This document shows, piece after piece, positions 21,157-31,644 of a stretch of DNA of 64,000 nt. The notes under the pieces were generated by a model. It worked only from the letters and a program-made list of their open reading frames with translations. It had not been told where the DNA came from and searched no databases. Made by a program: the position numbers and the translations under genes. Positions within the stretch are counted from its first letter, which is position 1. Every line of letters starts with the position of its first letter. The stretch spans positions 835-64,834 of the forward strand of contig JACQVA010000127.1 of NCBI GenBank assembly GCA_016210005.1, written 5' to 3'. The DNA is from Deltaproteobacteria bacterium (GTDB taxonomy: Bacteria; Desulfobacterota; Binatia; HRBIN30; JACQVA1).

Positions 21157-21423
21157 ATGAGCACCCCGCGATCGGCTGAAGCGGAGTTCATCTTCGCCAG
21201 CTGTGGCAGTTGCCGCAAAGCGGTGCTCACGCACGTGATCGAGGTCGATGCCGAGGGCCGAGAAAGCCGCCGCTGCGTCCACTGTGACGGCGAGGTGGGC
21301 GAGGACTGGCGCCTGGTCACAGCTTCTGAGCTAGGTGCGCACGGCTACGAGCTGGTGCACAACCTTGGCTGTCGAGGTGAGGGCGGTTGTGGCTCGGGCT
21401 GCGCCCCGCGCTCGCGGCACTGA
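21157..21423 (+). CDS. Small Cys-rich (zinc-ribbon-like) hypothetical protein
   Basis: CGSC...CVHCDG plus the C-terminal GCRGEGGCGSGC. There is no family assignment. Confidence 0.3.
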   Translation: MSTPRSAEAEFIFASCGSCRKAVLTHVIEVDAEGRESRRCVHCDGEVGEDWRLVTASELGAHGYELVHNLGCRGEGGCGSGCAPRSRH

Positions 21424-21464
21424 GCCAATCCCGCCGAGAGCGGTGGCGCCGCGCCAGGGCTGCT

Positions 21465-21929
21465 TCATTCGGCCGGCAGGCGACCGAGCTGCCGCAAGGC
21501 GTCGTAAACGACGATGGCTACCGCGTTGGCAAGGTTGAGGCTGCGCACGTGCGGGCTGAAGATCGGGATGGTGAAGGTCGAGTCGGCGTGGGCGGCGAGC
21601 AGCACCCGGGGCAAGCCCCTAGTTTCACCACCAAACACCAGGTGTTCACCAGGCGCGTGTGTCACCGCCAGGTACGATCGCGGCGCGCGCGCCGAGAAGT
21701 AGATCAGGCGGTCGCCGCCGTGGACGGCGTCAAAGGCCTGCCAATCGGGGTAAACGCGCAGATCGACGTGCGGCCAGTAATCCAGCCCCGCACGCTTGAG
21801 GTAACGATCTTCGAGCGAGAAGCCGAGCGGCCCGACCAGGTGCAAGCGCACGCGCGTGGCGGCGCACAGTCGGGCGATGCTGCCCGTGTTGGGTGGGATT
21901 TCCGGCTGCACCAGGACCACGTGCAGCAC
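21465..21929 (-). CDS. trmL: tRNA (cytidine/uridine-2'-O)-methyltransferase TrmL (SpoU/TrmH family)
   Basis: VLHVVLVQPEIPPNTGSIARLCAATRVRLHLVGPLGF...GGETRGLP...RSLNLANAVAIVVYDALRQ is near-collinear with E. coli TrmL. A GTG start is inferred. Confidence 0.85.
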   Translation of the reverse strand: MLHVVLVQPEIPPNTGSIARLCAATRVRLHLVGPLGFSLEDRYLKRAGLDYWPHVDLRVYPDWQAFDAVHGGDRLIYFSARAPRSYLAVTHAPGEHLVFGGETRGLPRVLLAAHADSTFTIPIFSPHVRSLNLANAVAIVVYDALRQLGRLPAE

Positions 21930-22158
21930 CGGTTCAGCCGCAGGCGATGGCGGGCTCGGGGTCACAGCCGTGCAGCGTGTTCCGGAGCCTGCGATAGATC
22001 GCTGCAGGCAGCTTGGCGGCCGGGGGCGTACACAGTGGCACCATAGCATGGGTCTGCTCCTGCCGGCCATCGAGCCACTCGGCCGGCGCCGCCGCGCCCG
22101 TCGGCTTGTTTCGCAAGCCAGCACGGGGCTAAGCTGCCGGCGCTCGAGGGAGGTATTC

Positions 22159-23772
22159 ATGGCGGCACGGCGGCGCAAGTTTTGGGGCTGGGGCTGGGAA
22201 GACGAGGGCATATCCCCGCAGCAGCAGGAATACCTCGCGCAACTGTTGGTGGCGCGCTTCCAGCTTCCCGGGGTGTCGTTGGTGGCGCCGCCGCGGATCG
22301 AGGAGATCGCACTGCGGCCGCCGCGGCTGACACCGCCGGTCGCGCTCGCCGACATCTGCTCCACCACTGCGCACGACCGTGCCGGCCACAGTTACGGCAA
22401 GGCCTTCCGCGATGTGGTGCGCGCGTTCCGCCGCGATTACTCCGATCCGATCGATGTTGTGGTGTTTCCCCGCAACGAAGCGGAGATTGCCGCGACCTTG
22501 GATTGGTGCACGAGCGCACGCGCGGCAGCGATTCCGTACGGGGGCGGGTCGAGTGTGGTCGGCGGGGTTGAGCCGCGTATCGGCTCGGCCTATCGCGGGG
22601 CGGTTGCCATCGATCTGGCCCGTCTCGATCGCGTGCTCGAGATCGACCGCGTCTCGCGCGCGGCGCGCATTCAAGCCGGCGTCATGGGACCGGCCCTGGA
22701 AGACCAGCTGCGACCACACGGGCTGACACTGCGGCACTTCCCGCAGTCATTCGAGTTTTCAGCGCTGGGGGGGTGGATCGCCACGCGCTCGGGCGGGCAC
22801 TATGCCACCCTCTACACCCACATCGACGAGTTCGTGGAATCACTGCGGGTGCTGACACCCACCGGGGCAGTCGAGTCGCGCCGCTTGCCCGGATCGGGTG
22901 CCGGGCCGAGCCCCGACCGCTTGTTCATCGGCTCCGAAGGGATTCTCGGCATTATCACGGAGGCCTGGATGCGGTTGCAGGAACGGCCACGCTTTCGCGC
23001 CTCGGCGTCGGTAACCTTCCCGGATTTCATCGCGGGCGCGCAGGCCGTGCGGGCAATCAGCCAGGCCGGCTTGTATCCGTCCAACTGCCGGCTGCTCGAT
23101 CCCGCCGAGGCGATGACCGCCGGTGCCGGCGATGGCAGCGCTGCGGTACTGGTGCTCGCTTTTGAGTCGGCGGACCACACTCTTGATGGGTGGATGGCGC
23201 GGGCGCTGGAGTGTTGCCGCGACCATGGCGGGGAGGTGCCGGCGGGGGCCGGCAAGACCCGCACCGACGAAGGTGCCGGTCGTGAAGGCGCCGCCGGGGC
23301 CTGGCGGCAGGCGTTTCTCAGTGCCCCCTACTTGCGCGATGCGCTGGTGGCCATGGGGATGATCACCGACACCTTCGAAACCGCCATCACCTGGGAGCGC
23401 TTCGAGCAGTTTCACGCCGGCGTAATGGCGGAGGTAACCGCGGCCATCACTCGCATCTGTGGCAGCGGGCAGCTGGCCTGCCGATTCACCCATACCTACC
23501 CCGATGGCTCGGCGCCCTACTACTCGGTAATCGCCCCGGGCAAGCCCAACAGTCAGCTGGAGCAATGGGATGAGATCAAGGCTGCGGCCGCCGAGGTGGT
23601 GCTCAGGCTCGGTGGGACGATCACTCACCACCACGCGATCGGCCGCGATCATCGCCGCTGGTACGACCGCCAGCGTCCGGACGGTTTTGCCCGGGCGCTC
23701 GTCGCCGCGAAGGCCGCGCTCGATCCCGCCGGCATTCTCAACCCCGGTGTCTTGATCGATCCACGGCGATAA
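22159..23772 (+). CDS. FAD-linked oxidase (FAD_binding_4 / alkyl-DHAP synthase-like / D-lactate dehydrogenase-like)
   Basis: The start is MAARRRKFWGWGWEDEGI with a GAGGGA RBS. The FAD-binding PCMH-type domain has GGGSSVVGG. The C-terminus reads HHHAIGRDH. Confidence 0.7.
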   Translation: MAARRRKFWGWGWEDEGISPQQQEYLAQLLVARFQLPGVSLVAPPRIEEIALRPPRLTPPVALADICSTTAHDRAGHSYGKAFRDVVRAFRRDYSDPIDVVVFPRNEAEIAATLDWCTSARAAAIPYGGGSSVVGGVEPRIGSAYRGAVAIDLARLDRVLEIDRVSRAARIQAGVMGPALEDQLRPHGLTLRHFPQSFEFSALGGWIATRSGGHYATLYTHIDEFVESLRVLTPTGAVESRRLPGSGAGPSPDRLFIGSEGILGIITEAWMRLQERPRFRASASVTFPDFIAGAQAVRAISQAGLYPSNCRLLDPAEAMTAGAGDGSAAVLVLAFESADHTLDGWMARALECCRDHGGEVPAGAGKTRTDEGAGREGAAGAWRQAFLSAPYLRDALVAMGMITDTFETAITWERFEQFHAGVMAEVTAAITRICGSGQLACRFTHTYPDGSAPYYSVIAPGKPNSQLEQWDEIKAAAAEVVLRLGGTITHHHAIGRDHRRWYDRQRPDGFARALVAAKAALDPAGILNPGVLIDPRR

Positions 23773-23945
23773 CTGGTCAGGTCGCCCGCGGGTCAGGCGC
23801 GCGGTAACAAAGAGAGAGTGGGCACTACTGCCCAGCCGCCGAATTTTGTGCTATGAGAGCGCCACAGTTGATCAGTTGGCATCGTGCTGTACCCGTAAAC
23901 GAGGCGTGCCCGGGAGGGTGTGCTTGGCAGAAAGGAGTAGCGACG

Positions 23946-25772
23946 ATGAAGACCGCATTTCGTGCAACCTTGTTGCTCGCCGGAGCTGCCGTGGCTGTCG
24001 GCGGATTGAGCCTGGTGCCACAATTGGGGCGCTCGGCGCCAAGCGCCAACAACGTGATTGCCCGCGAACTAGCCATCGAGCTGGGACAGGCCGCGCGGCT
24101 GCACCACCAGCGGCCGCTCTCGTCCGGCCCGGTGTACGCGGCGCTGCAAGGAACCGGGGAACTGGCCAGACGCGCAGCGGCAGCAGCACCGCAGGCGCTC
24201 TCTGAGGCATTCGTGGCACCGCCACCGATAACCCAAGGCTGCCAGAACAGCTTCGGCGGCGGGCAAAACATCCGCGTTAATCAGGACTGCTCCCTGCGGC
24301 GGCAGGCGGAGGAAGTGATCGCGGTGAACCCAGCCAACCAGCTCAATCTCATTGCCGGTCAGAACGACTCGCGCATTGGGTTCAACCATTGTGGTTACGA
24401 CTGGTCTCTGGACGGCGGGCTCACATGGGGCGATCTCGTTCCGCCCTTCTACCAGTTCCAAATGCTCGACGGCCACGTTGCCGACGTCTGTTCCGATCCG
24501 ACTGCTACCTTCGACAGACTCGGCAACGCTTACATCGCCGGTATTCTGTTTGACATTGCTTCCCCCGCCAGCGCCCTAGTCGTGGCGAAATCCAACGCCG
24601 GCATTGGCGGCCGGTATTTTCACAGCCCCCAGCCGGTACCGTTCCAGAATTATCGCACCGACCCACTCGGTGTGGTGGCCAACGATCTCAGCGCCGACGT
24701 CTTCAACGACAAGGAGTTCATCGTGGCCGACGCCAGTCCGATAAGCCCGAAGACCGGCAACGTCTACGTGGCGTGGACGCGGTTTCTCTTCATGACCGGC
24801 TCCGGTGTAGGCGCACACAGCCCGATCTACTTCAGTCAGTCGACCGACGGCGGCGCCACCTGGTCGCCGGGCATCGAGATCAGCGGCGCCAACCCGGCCA
24901 TTTGTTCGCTTTGGAGCGCCGAGCCTGATCCGAATGCGTGCGATCAAAACCAGGGGCCGCACCCGATCGTGGGGCGGGACGGCGCGGTGTACGTCGCATT
25001 CAACAACGGCAACACACCGGCTCTCGGGATCAACCAGTACCTCATCACCTCGTGTCCGCCGACGGCAGATTGCAGCAACGTGGCGAGTTGGACGACGCCG
25101 GTTAAGATTGCGGACGATATCGGCACCCAGCCCATTGGCCCCGACGCCGCCACGGGATGTCCGGCTGGCCGGCAGTGTCTGCCGCCCAACGGCTATCGTG
25201 TCACCGGTGCCACCGCCGGCTCACTGTCGATTGACCGCAACGACTTCCTCTATTTGGCGTGGGCGGATTACCGCAATGGCGGTGGTACCTGCCCGCCGCT
25301 GGGCAATGCCGCGACCGCAACCCCGCCTTGCGACAATGACGTCTTCTACGCCTTCTCGACCGACGGCGGCGCCACCTGGAGCGCGCCGCGCAACATCACT
25401 CCAGCGTCGCGCTTCGGCGCCAACGCCCAGTGGCAGCCGTGGAGCGCGGTGTCACCGAACGGCGCCAAGCTCTGGGTGGGGTACTACGACCGCTCTTACG
25501 ACGGCTGCGAGGCCTTAGGCTGTAACGACATCACGCTGGCGAAGGTAGCGATGCCCGCTTCCGGAGCACCCACCTACACCTACACGCGGGTGACCACGGC
25601 CTCGATGCCGAATCTGGTGGTGGCGAACAACCCGCTGCAAGCGGGCTTTCTCGGCGACTACATCTGGGTCACGGTGGACAAACGAGGCCGGCCGTACATC
25701 GTCTGGGCTGACACCCGCGGCCTCGGCGGCACGGTGGAAGAGGACATTTACTTCCGCCCGCCGCCCAGCTGA
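23946..25772 (+). CDS. Secreted BNR/Asp-box repeat protein (sialidase-like beta-propeller)
   Basis: The signal peptide is MKTAFRATLLLAGAAVAVG. BNR motifs are SQSTDGGATWSPG, AFSTDGGATWSAP and LDGGLTWGD. Confidence 0.7.
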   Translation: MKTAFRATLLLAGAAVAVGGLSLVPQLGRSAPSANNVIARELAIELGQAARLHHQRPLSSGPVYAALQGTGELARRAAAAAPQALSEAFVAPPPITQGCQNSFGGGQNIRVNQDCSLRRQAEEVIAVNPANQLNLIAGQNDSRIGFNHCGYDWSLDGGLTWGDLVPPFYQFQMLDGHVADVCSDPTATFDRLGNAYIAGILFDIASPASALVVAKSNAGIGGRYFHSPQPVPFQNYRTDPLGVVANDLSADVFNDKEFIVADASPISPKTGNVYVAWTRFLFMTGSGVGAHSPIYFSQSTDGGATWSPGIEISGANPAICSLWSAEPDPNACDQNQGPHPIVGRDGAVYVAFNNGNTPALGINQYLITSCPPTADCSNVASWTTPVKIADDIGTQPIGPDAATGCPAGRQCLPPNGYRVTGATAGSLSIDRNDFLYLAWADYRNGGGTCPPLGNAATATPPCDNDVFYAFSTDGGATWSAPRNITPASRFGANAQWQPWSAVSPNGAKLWVGYYDRSYDGCEALGCNDITLAKVAMPASGAPTYTYTRVTTASMPNLVVANNPLQAGFLGDYIWVTVDKRGRPYIVWADTRGLGGTVEEDIYFRPPPS

Positions 25773-25790
25773 TAGCGGGCGGCGGATACG

Positions 25791-26510
25791 CTATGGCTGG
25801 TCGCTGCCTCGGTTCTGCAAGTGGATGTGAATCGAGGCCACGAAGTAGTAGATCGGGAAGTACAGCGATACAGCCGCCAGCAGCCTTGAAGGCAGCGGAA
25901 ACTGTAGCAGCAGGACTGCTACCAGCAGACCCCACGCGATGCCGAGGGCGTAGGTGCGCTTGCGCGCCACAGACGAGCGGCTGGGGTATAAGTAGCGAAT
26001 CGGCACGAACACCAAGACGGTGAGGACAAGCAGGGCGGCCACGTTGAACCACGGCGGGGTCCGCAGCGCATACAGGTAAAAGACGACAATGTTCCAGTAC
26101 GACGGGAAGCCAGTGAAGAAGTGATCGGGGGTCTTGGCCTCGGATTGGCAGAAGCCATACCCGCTGGCCAGCAACGGTGCGCTGCCGATGACCAGCCCGG
26201 CCCAACCGGTCGGGATCAGCCCGGCCTGATAGGCGAGCACGATCGGCACTACGACGTAGTTGAGGTAATCTACGATATCGTCCAGCTTCGCCCCGTCGAA
26301 ATGCGGTAGCACCTGCTTTACGCCCACTCGGCGAGCCAAGGCCCCGTCCGTTGCATCGACAACCGTGGCGATGGCCATCCACAGGAAAGCGAGGCCGAAG
26401 TTGCCGCGACCGGAAGCCTCCAGTGCCAGCAACCCCAACGGCGCCCCCAGCCCGGTGTAGAGGTGAACGCCCCAAGCCGCAACCGTGCGCGCCGTGCTCG
26501 CTGTGTTCAT
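25791..26510 (-). CDS. CDP-alcohol phosphatidyltransferase family membrane protein (phosphatidylcholine-synthase-like size)
   Basis: DATDGALAR...GAKLDDIVD follows the D-x2-DG-x2-AR...G-x3-D-x3-D motif. The protein has multiple TM segments and is 239 aa. Confidence 0.7.
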   Translation of the reverse strand: MNTASTARTVAAWGVHLYTGLGAPLGLLALEASGRGNFGLAFLWMAIATVVDATDGALARRVGVKQVLPHFDGAKLDDIVDYLNYVVVPIVLAYQAGLIPTGWAGLVIGSAPLLASGYGFCQSEAKTPDHFFTGFPSYWNIVVFYLYALRTPPWFNVAALLVLTVLVFVPIRYLYPSRSSVARKRTYALGIAWGLLVAVLLLQFPLPSRLLAAVSLYFPIYYFVASIHIHLQNRGSDQP

Positions 26511-26574
26511 GGTAACTCGCAGCCCCGGCGGTACTTCCTAAACACCGCCGTGTGCGCTCCTATCAGTACACGGG

Positions 26575-27441
26575 TCAGCGACGCAAGAAGTTGCGGATGG
26601 CTCGCTCGACGGCGTCGGGGCGCTCCATCGGGACGAAATGGCTGGTACGGGCGATGGTCTTGACCGAGGCGCTGGGCAAAACGGTGGCGATCCTGGCTGC
26701 ACTGGCCAAGGGGAAAGCCTCGCTATTCTCGCCCCGCAGTACCAACAGCGGAATCGTGATCTTCGGCAAGAATCCCCATCCGTCCAGGCTGGCAGCCTCA
26801 TCGAACACCTGGCCCTCGACCTCCCCCGGGCACTTCAGCTCCACGTGCCCGTCGGGACGCAACACGGTGCCCTCCTCGATGTACGCCCAGAGCACGTCTT
26901 CGCGCCAGGTATTGAAGGGCGCGCGCGTGCGGTAAGAGTGAAACATCGAGGTGCGGCTCTCCCAGATCATCCGCCGCTTGCGCGCCCGCTGAGCCAACGG
27001 ATTATGGAAGACTTGGCCGGCCTCTAACTTGGGGACTAGAATCGGATCTATCAGAATCGCCCGAGCAATCGCACCCGGGTGATGCGCGGCACAATGGGCG
27101 ATGGCGGTTGCCCCGGCCGAGTGCCCGACGGCTACGATGCGCTGTAAGCCAAGGGCTTCCAGGAAACCGTGCAGGTCGTTGCCGAAGTGATCCCAGGTAT
27201 AGCCGCTCTCCGGCTTATTGCTGTCACCATGGCCGCGTTGGTCGAGGGCGACGACGCGAAATGTCTGACTGAGCAATTGGGCGATCGGCTTCCATACGTA
27301 ACCATGGAAGCCAGTGCCGTGCACTAATACGATAGTCGGGCCGCTGCTTTCCCACTCGAAGTAGTGCAGCCGGATACGATCGACGTTGACGAAACGGTGC
27401 TGTGGGACCGCGCCGAGCAGCGCGTCACGGCGGGCAATCAT
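26575..27441 (-). CDS. Alpha/beta-hydrolase fold protein
   Basis: LVHGTGFHG, the GHSAG nucleophile elbow and DQRGHGDS. Confidence 0.75.
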   Translation of the reverse strand: MIARRDALLGAVPQHRFVNVDRIRLHYFEWESSGPTIVLVHGTGFHGYVWKPIAQLLSQTFRVVALDQRGHGDSNKPESGYTWDHFGNDLHGFLEALGLQRIVAVGHSAGATAIAHCAAHHPGAIARAILIDPILVPKLEAGQVFHNPLAQRARKRRMIWESRTSMFHSYRTRAPFNTWREDVLWAYIEEGTVLRPDGHVELKCPGEVEGQVFDEAASLDGWGFLPKITIPLLVLRGENSEAFPLASAARIATVLPSASVKTIARTSHFVPMERPDAVERAIRNFLRR

Positions 27442-27581
27442 CGCGGTTCAGTTCCTGTTCCAGTTATCTAATTTGGGGATGCTGCTACGGGCACCGCCGG
27501 CGCGCCCGAGGCGCGGCCGCCGCCACACGAGAAGATCCTGCTTGCTGATAGCAAGCGCCTGGCGCTGCGGCAAGGCAAGCC

Positions 27582-27622
27582 GGCGAAAAAACCAAGTCCC
27601 CGGCCGGTAGCCGGCCGGGGGC
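27582..27622 (-). terminator. Rho-independent terminator downstream of cspA
   Basis: On the minus strand the hairpin is cccccggccgg-cta-ccggccgggg followed by TTTTTTCG. It lies immediately 3' of the csp stop. Confidence 0.55.
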
Positions 27623-27654
27623 TTGGGTGCGCGCCGAGGGCTCTTCAGTTCGTA

Positions 27655-27861
27655 TTAGAGCTTAGCCACGTTGGTGGCTTGCAGGCCTTTGGGCCCTTGC
27701 GTGATCTCAAACTCGACCCGCTGGCCCTCGTCCAACGTGCGGAACCCTTGGCCCAGAATGGCCGAGTAGTGGACAAACACATCCTGCCCATCATCTTTGG
27801 TGATGAACCCGTAACCCTTCTGACCATTGAACCATTTCACCGTACCCTGCGGCATGGGCAC
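27655..27861 (-). CDS. cspA: Cold-shock protein (CspA family)
   Basis: [33 protein letters not shown]...[27 protein letters not shown] contains the RNP1 and RNP2 motifs. Confidence 0.9.
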   Translation of the reverse strand: MPMPQGTVKWFNGQKGYGFITKDDGQDVFVHYSAILGQGFRTLDEGQRVEFEITQGPKGLQATNVAKL

Positions 27862-28173
27862 CCCCTCCTTTCTGCTATCTGTCTCTTATGATTTTGTTTG
27901 AGGGAAAGCCCAGACGAAAGGCCGTTTCGGAGGATGCCGAACACGCTGGCGAGGAGTCAGCTGCCACCACTTTGTACCCACAGAGTTCAGGAACCTTCGC
28001 CCCCAATTCGAGGCGCATATAGCATGCGCCTTGGCTAGGTAGCAATAGAAAATTTTTCCGTTTGGCAGCCCTGCCTTATGCGCGCCGAAAGGCGGCCAGT
28101 GCGTCACCCGCCTTTACTCCCCCGACAGGCGATGGTATTTTTCTTGCTCTGAGCCGGCGGCCCGTCTGTCAGT

Positions 28174-28764
28174 GTGATGAAGAAGCGTCTGCGCATTGCT
28201 CTGATTGGGGTCATCGCGGTGCTGCTCGGGGGCATTGTGGTGCTGGTGGCCCGCAGCCTCCAGCGCCAATGGCGCCAAGAAGCGGCCCAGGGCGGGTTGG
28301 ACCTGCTACCGCAAGTGGCCCAACGAATTCAGGACTTTCACCGGATTAAGACCGAGGACGGACGCACGGTGTGGGAAGTGGCGGCACGCGAAGCTCAGTA
28401 TCACGAGGACGAGCACGAATTCGTCGTGCTCGAACCACTGGTGCGCCTGTATCTCAAAGACGGACGCCCCGTCGGCCTCAGCGGCCACGAAGGACACGTC
28501 AAACTAGAAGGCCGGGAGCTGCGTGAGGTTGAGGTCACCGGCGGCATCGAGCTGCGGTTTGCCGATTACACGGTGCGCACCGATCGCGCCCGCTATCAAC
28601 ACGGCAGCGACACGATCTCCGCTCCCGCGCCGGTCGAGATCAAAGGTGGCGCGCTGGAGTTGCGCGGGGAGCAAATGGAGTTCGAGGTCAAAGCCCAGCG
28701 CTTGCGGCTCTTCCGCAATGTCACGATGATCCTGCGGCCAGTGCCGAGCGAGGAGACCAAGTGA
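28174..28764 (+). CDS. lptC: LPS export protein LptC
   Basis: The N-terminal TM is MMKKRLRIALIGVIAVLLGGIVVLV. The gene sits directly upstream of lptA-lptB-rpoN, and the 4-nt overlap with lptA suggests coupling. Confidence 0.6.
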   Translation: MMKKRLRIALIGVIAVLLGGIVVLVARSLQRQWRQEAAQGGLDLLPQVAQRIQDFHRIKTEDGRTVWEVAAREAQYHEDEHEFVVLEPLVRLYLKDGRPVGLSGHEGHVKLEGRELREVEVTGGIELRFADYTVRTDRARYQHGSDTISAPAPVEIKGGALELRGEQMEFEVKAQRLRLFRNVTMILRPVPSEETK

Positions 28765-29378
28765 GGCTTGGGCCATCGCGCCGCCGGTGGCTCGCGGCAC
28801 TTGCGCCGCTCATGAGCGTTGCGCTCTGGGCAACGGCGTCGGTGGCTGCGGCCACCGAGCCGGCGGGCAAGTCGGGTGCGGCGGACTGGGCCCGCTCCGG
28901 GCTGCTGGGAGATTTCTCGCTGGGCTCCAGTCGCGCTCCTATTCGCATCAGCGCCGACATGCTCGAGTTCGATTACAAGCGCCGCGTGGTGGTTTACCGT
29001 GGCGGCGTCGAGGTGACGCAAGGCGATTTGATGCTGCGCAGTACCACACTGACCGTACGTTTCGACGAGCGCGCCCCCGAGCGCGAGAAGCTCAAGGAGA
29101 TCGTGGCCGAGGGCGAGGTGCGGATCGGCAAGGGCACCCGCTTTGCCACCGGCGGCCGCGCCGTGTTCGATCAGGCGGCGCGAACAGTGGTGCTGAGCCA
29201 GGACGCGGTCCTCCACGACGGCGAGAACCGGGTCGCCGGGCAGCGAGTTGTGGTGTTTCTGGACGAGGGACGCAGCGTGGTCGAGGGCGGCGACGAGCGC
29301 GTGCACGCGGTGCTGGCGCCGCCCGCGCACGACGACCAGAGCACGGGGAACAGCAGTGGCGCAGAACGGGCAAAGTAA
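28761..29378 (+). CDS. lptA: LPS export periplasmic protein LptA (OstA-like)
   Basis: There is a signal peptide and an OstA N-terminal beta-jellyroll ([41 protein letters not shown]). Confidence 0.7.
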   Translation: MRLGPSRRRWLAALAPLMSVALWATASVAAATEPAGKSGAADWARSGLLGDFSLGSSRAPIRISADMLEFDYKRRVVVYRGGVEVTQGDLMLRSTTLTVRFDERAPEREKLKEIVAEGEVRIGKGTRFATGGRAVFDQAARTVVLSQDAVLHDGENRVAGQRVVVFLDEGRSVVEGGDERVHAVLAPPAHDDQSTGNSSGAERAK

Positions 29379-30120
29379 CGGCGACCAGCGCCAACCGGCA
29401 GGCGCACTTGGCGCGCAGCATCTGTGCAAGCGGCTGGGCGGGCGCCAAATCCTGCGCGACGTCAGCGTCAACGTGCGCGCTGGAGAAGTGGTCGGCTTGC
29501 TCGGTCCAAACGGCGCGGGAAAGACTACCACTTTTTACGCCATCGTCGGCCTCATCCGCCCCGATAGCGGCGCCATCGTGCTCAACGGTAACGACGTGAC
29601 CCGCGAACCGATGTACCAGCGCGCGCGCCGGGGCATCAGCTACCTGCCGCAAGAGCCCTCGGTGTTCCGCAAGCTGACCGTGGAGGACAACATCCGCGCC
29701 ATCTTGGAAACGCTGCCCCTGAGCCACGAGGAACGCAACGAGCGCCTGGCCGAACTGCTCGAAGAGCTCAGCATCGCCCACCTCGCCAAGAACAAGGCGT
29801 TCTCCCTCTCCGGCGGCGAGCGCCGCCGCGTGGAGATCACCCGCGCCTTGGTTACCTCGCCCGGCTTCATGTTGCTCGACGAGCCCTTCGCCGGTATCGA
29901 TCCCATCGCGGTACTGGACATTCAGAACATTGTGGGTCAACTAAGAGAGCGGGGCATTGGCGTGTTGATCACCGACCACAACGTGCGCGAAACTCTCGGC
30001 ATCTGCGACCGGGCGTACATCCTCAACGCCGGCACTATCCTCGAAGAGGGCACACCCGACGCCATCGCCAACAGCCCCGTGGCTCGCGAATTCTACCTCG
30101 GTCAACGCTTCACCCTGTAG
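29356..30120 (+). CDS. lptB: LPS export ABC transporter ATPase LptB
   Basis: [15 protein letters not shown] is the Walker A motif. [15 protein letters not shown] is the ABC signature. [11 protein letters not shown] is the Walker B motif. The sequence is near-collinear with E. coli LptB. A GTG start at 29356 is inferred. Confidence 0.9.
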   Translation: MAQNGQSNGDQRQPAGALGAQHLCKRLGGRQILRDVSVNVRAGEVVGLLGPNGAGKTTTFYAIVGLIRPDSGAIVLNGNDVTREPMYQRARRGISYLPQEPSVFRKLTVEDNIRAILETLPLSHEERNERLAELLEELSIAHLAKNKAFSLSGGERRRVEITRALVTSPGFMLLDEPFAGIDPIAVLDIQNIVGQLRERGIGVLITDHNVRETLGICDRAYILNAGTILEEGTPDAIANSPVAREFYLGQRFTL

Positions 30121-30128
30121 GTAGTGCT

Positions 30129-31616
30129 ATGGCTCTGGAAACCCGCCTGTACCAAAAGCTGAGTCAGCAACTGGTCATGACGCCCCAGCTGCGCCAGGCC
30201 ATCAAGATTCTGCAAGTCTCACGTGCCGAACTCGAAGAGCTGATCGACCAGGAACTCACCGAGAATCCCACCCTGGAAGAAGAGATCGGGGCGGAAGTGG
30301 AGCCGGAGCGCCCGCGCACAGAGGAAAACCTCGACCCCGCGCCGGCCGACGACGTCGAGTCGTGGTCCGAACCGACCGAACCCAGTCGCGAGACCACCGC
30401 CGAAATCGAGCCCGAGAACCAGTCCAACGAGATCGACTGGAAGGAATACCTCGAAAACTACCGCAACGACTGGCAGGGCGCGACCGCGACCCCGGCCGAC
30501 TATGACGAGGACAAGCGCCCGTCGCTGGAAAACACCCTGGTGCGCACGACCTCGTTGACCGAACACCTCATCTGGCAACTGCGCATGGTCGGGCTCAGCC
30601 CGGTCGAAGAGTCGGTGGCGGCCCTCATGATCGGCAACATCGACGAGGCCGGCTACTTGCGCGTGCCGGTCGAAGACATTGCCTTCCAGAGCGGGCAGGA
30701 CCTCGAGCTGGTCGAGCACGTGCTCGAGAGCATCCAGGAGTTGGACCCGCCCGGTATCGGCGCCCGCGATCTGCGCGAGTGCTTGTTGCTCCAGCTGCGC
30801 GTCGAGGGCCTGGCCGACTCGGTCGCCGCCGCGGTGGTGGCCGACCACTTGCTGCTGCTCGAAAACAAGCGCTACGACAAGATCGCCAAGGAGCTCAACG
30901 TCTCGATCGAGGAGGTGGTGGCCGCCGCCAACACCATCGCCACCCTCGAACCCAAACCCGGCCGCAATTTCGGCGGCGGCGACACCCGTTACATCACCCC
31001 CGATGTGACGGTGCAGAAGGTCGACGGTGACTTCGTCGTTACCCTCAACGAGGAAGGCTTGCCGCGCTTGCGCGTCAGCTCCTTCTACCGCAGCGTGCTC
31101 GGCAACGACGAAACCACCGAGGCCAAACGCTACATTCAAGAAAAGATGCGCGCCGCCGCCTGGCTGATCAAGAGCATCCATCAGCGCCAGCGCACCTTGT
31201 TCATGGTCACCAGCAGCATCGTCAAATTCCAACGCGACTTCCTCGATCGCGGCATCGCTTACCTCAAGCCGCTCGTGCTCAAAGACGTCGCCATGGACAT
31301 CGGTATGCACGAGTCCACCGTCAGCCGCGCCACCGCCAACAAGTACGTGCATACACCGCAAGGCATTTATGAGTTGAAGTTCTTCTTTACTTCGAGCCTC
31401 AATCGCAGCGACGGCGGCGAGGACGTGTCCGCCGAGAGCGTCAAGGAGCGGATTCGCACCATCATCTCCGCCGAGGATCAGCGCCGGCCCTTCAGCGACC
31501 AACACATCGCCCAGGTGTTGGCCAAAGAGGGCGTCGACATTGCCCGCCGCACGGTGGCCAAGTACCGCGAGATGATGGCCATCCTGCCGTCCTCGAAGCG
31601 GCGGCAAGTGTACTAA
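30129..31616 (+). CDS. rpoN: RNA polymerase sigma-54 factor RpoN
   Basis: MALETRLYQKLSQQLVMTPQLRQAIKILQ is region I. The C-terminus has the RpoN box ARRTVAKYRE. Confidence 0.95.
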   Translation: MALETRLYQKLSQQLVMTPQLRQAIKILQVSRAELEELIDQELTENPTLEEEIGAEVEPERPRTEENLDPAPADDVESWSEPTEPSRETTAEIEPENQSNEIDWKEYLENYRNDWQGATATPADYDEDKRPSLENTLVRTTSLTEHLIWQLRMVGLSPVEESVAALMIGNIDEAGYLRVPVEDIAFQSGQDLELVEHVLESIQELDPPGIGARDLRECLLLQLRVEGLADSVAAAVVADHLLLLENKRYDKIAKELNVSIEEVVAAANTIATLEPKPGRNFGGGDTRYITPDVTVQKVDGDFVVTLNEEGLPRLRVSSFYRSVLGNDETTEAKRYIQEKMRAAAWLIKSIHQRQRTLFMVTSSIVKFQRDFLDRGIAYLKPLVLKDVAMDIGMHESTVSRATANKYVHTPQGIYELKFFFTSSLNRSDGGEDVSAESVKERIRTIISAEDQRRPFSDQHIAQVLAKEGVDIARRTVAKYREMMAILPSSKRRQVY

Positions 31617-31644
31617 CCCCAACCCCCACGAAGAGGAGTCCACC

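Noticed and set aside
21856-22158. Upstream extension of the FAD-linked oxidase ORF
   Set aside because: The extension overlaps TrmL on the opposite strand. A good RBS (GAGGGAGGT) precedes the ATG at 22159.
28008-28027. Palindrome ggcgcat-atagc-atgcgcc in the cspA upstream / lptC upstream spacer
   Set aside because: It has no adjacent T-run, so it is not a terminator. It could be an operator or part of the csp 5'UTR, but I cannot support either from sequence alone.
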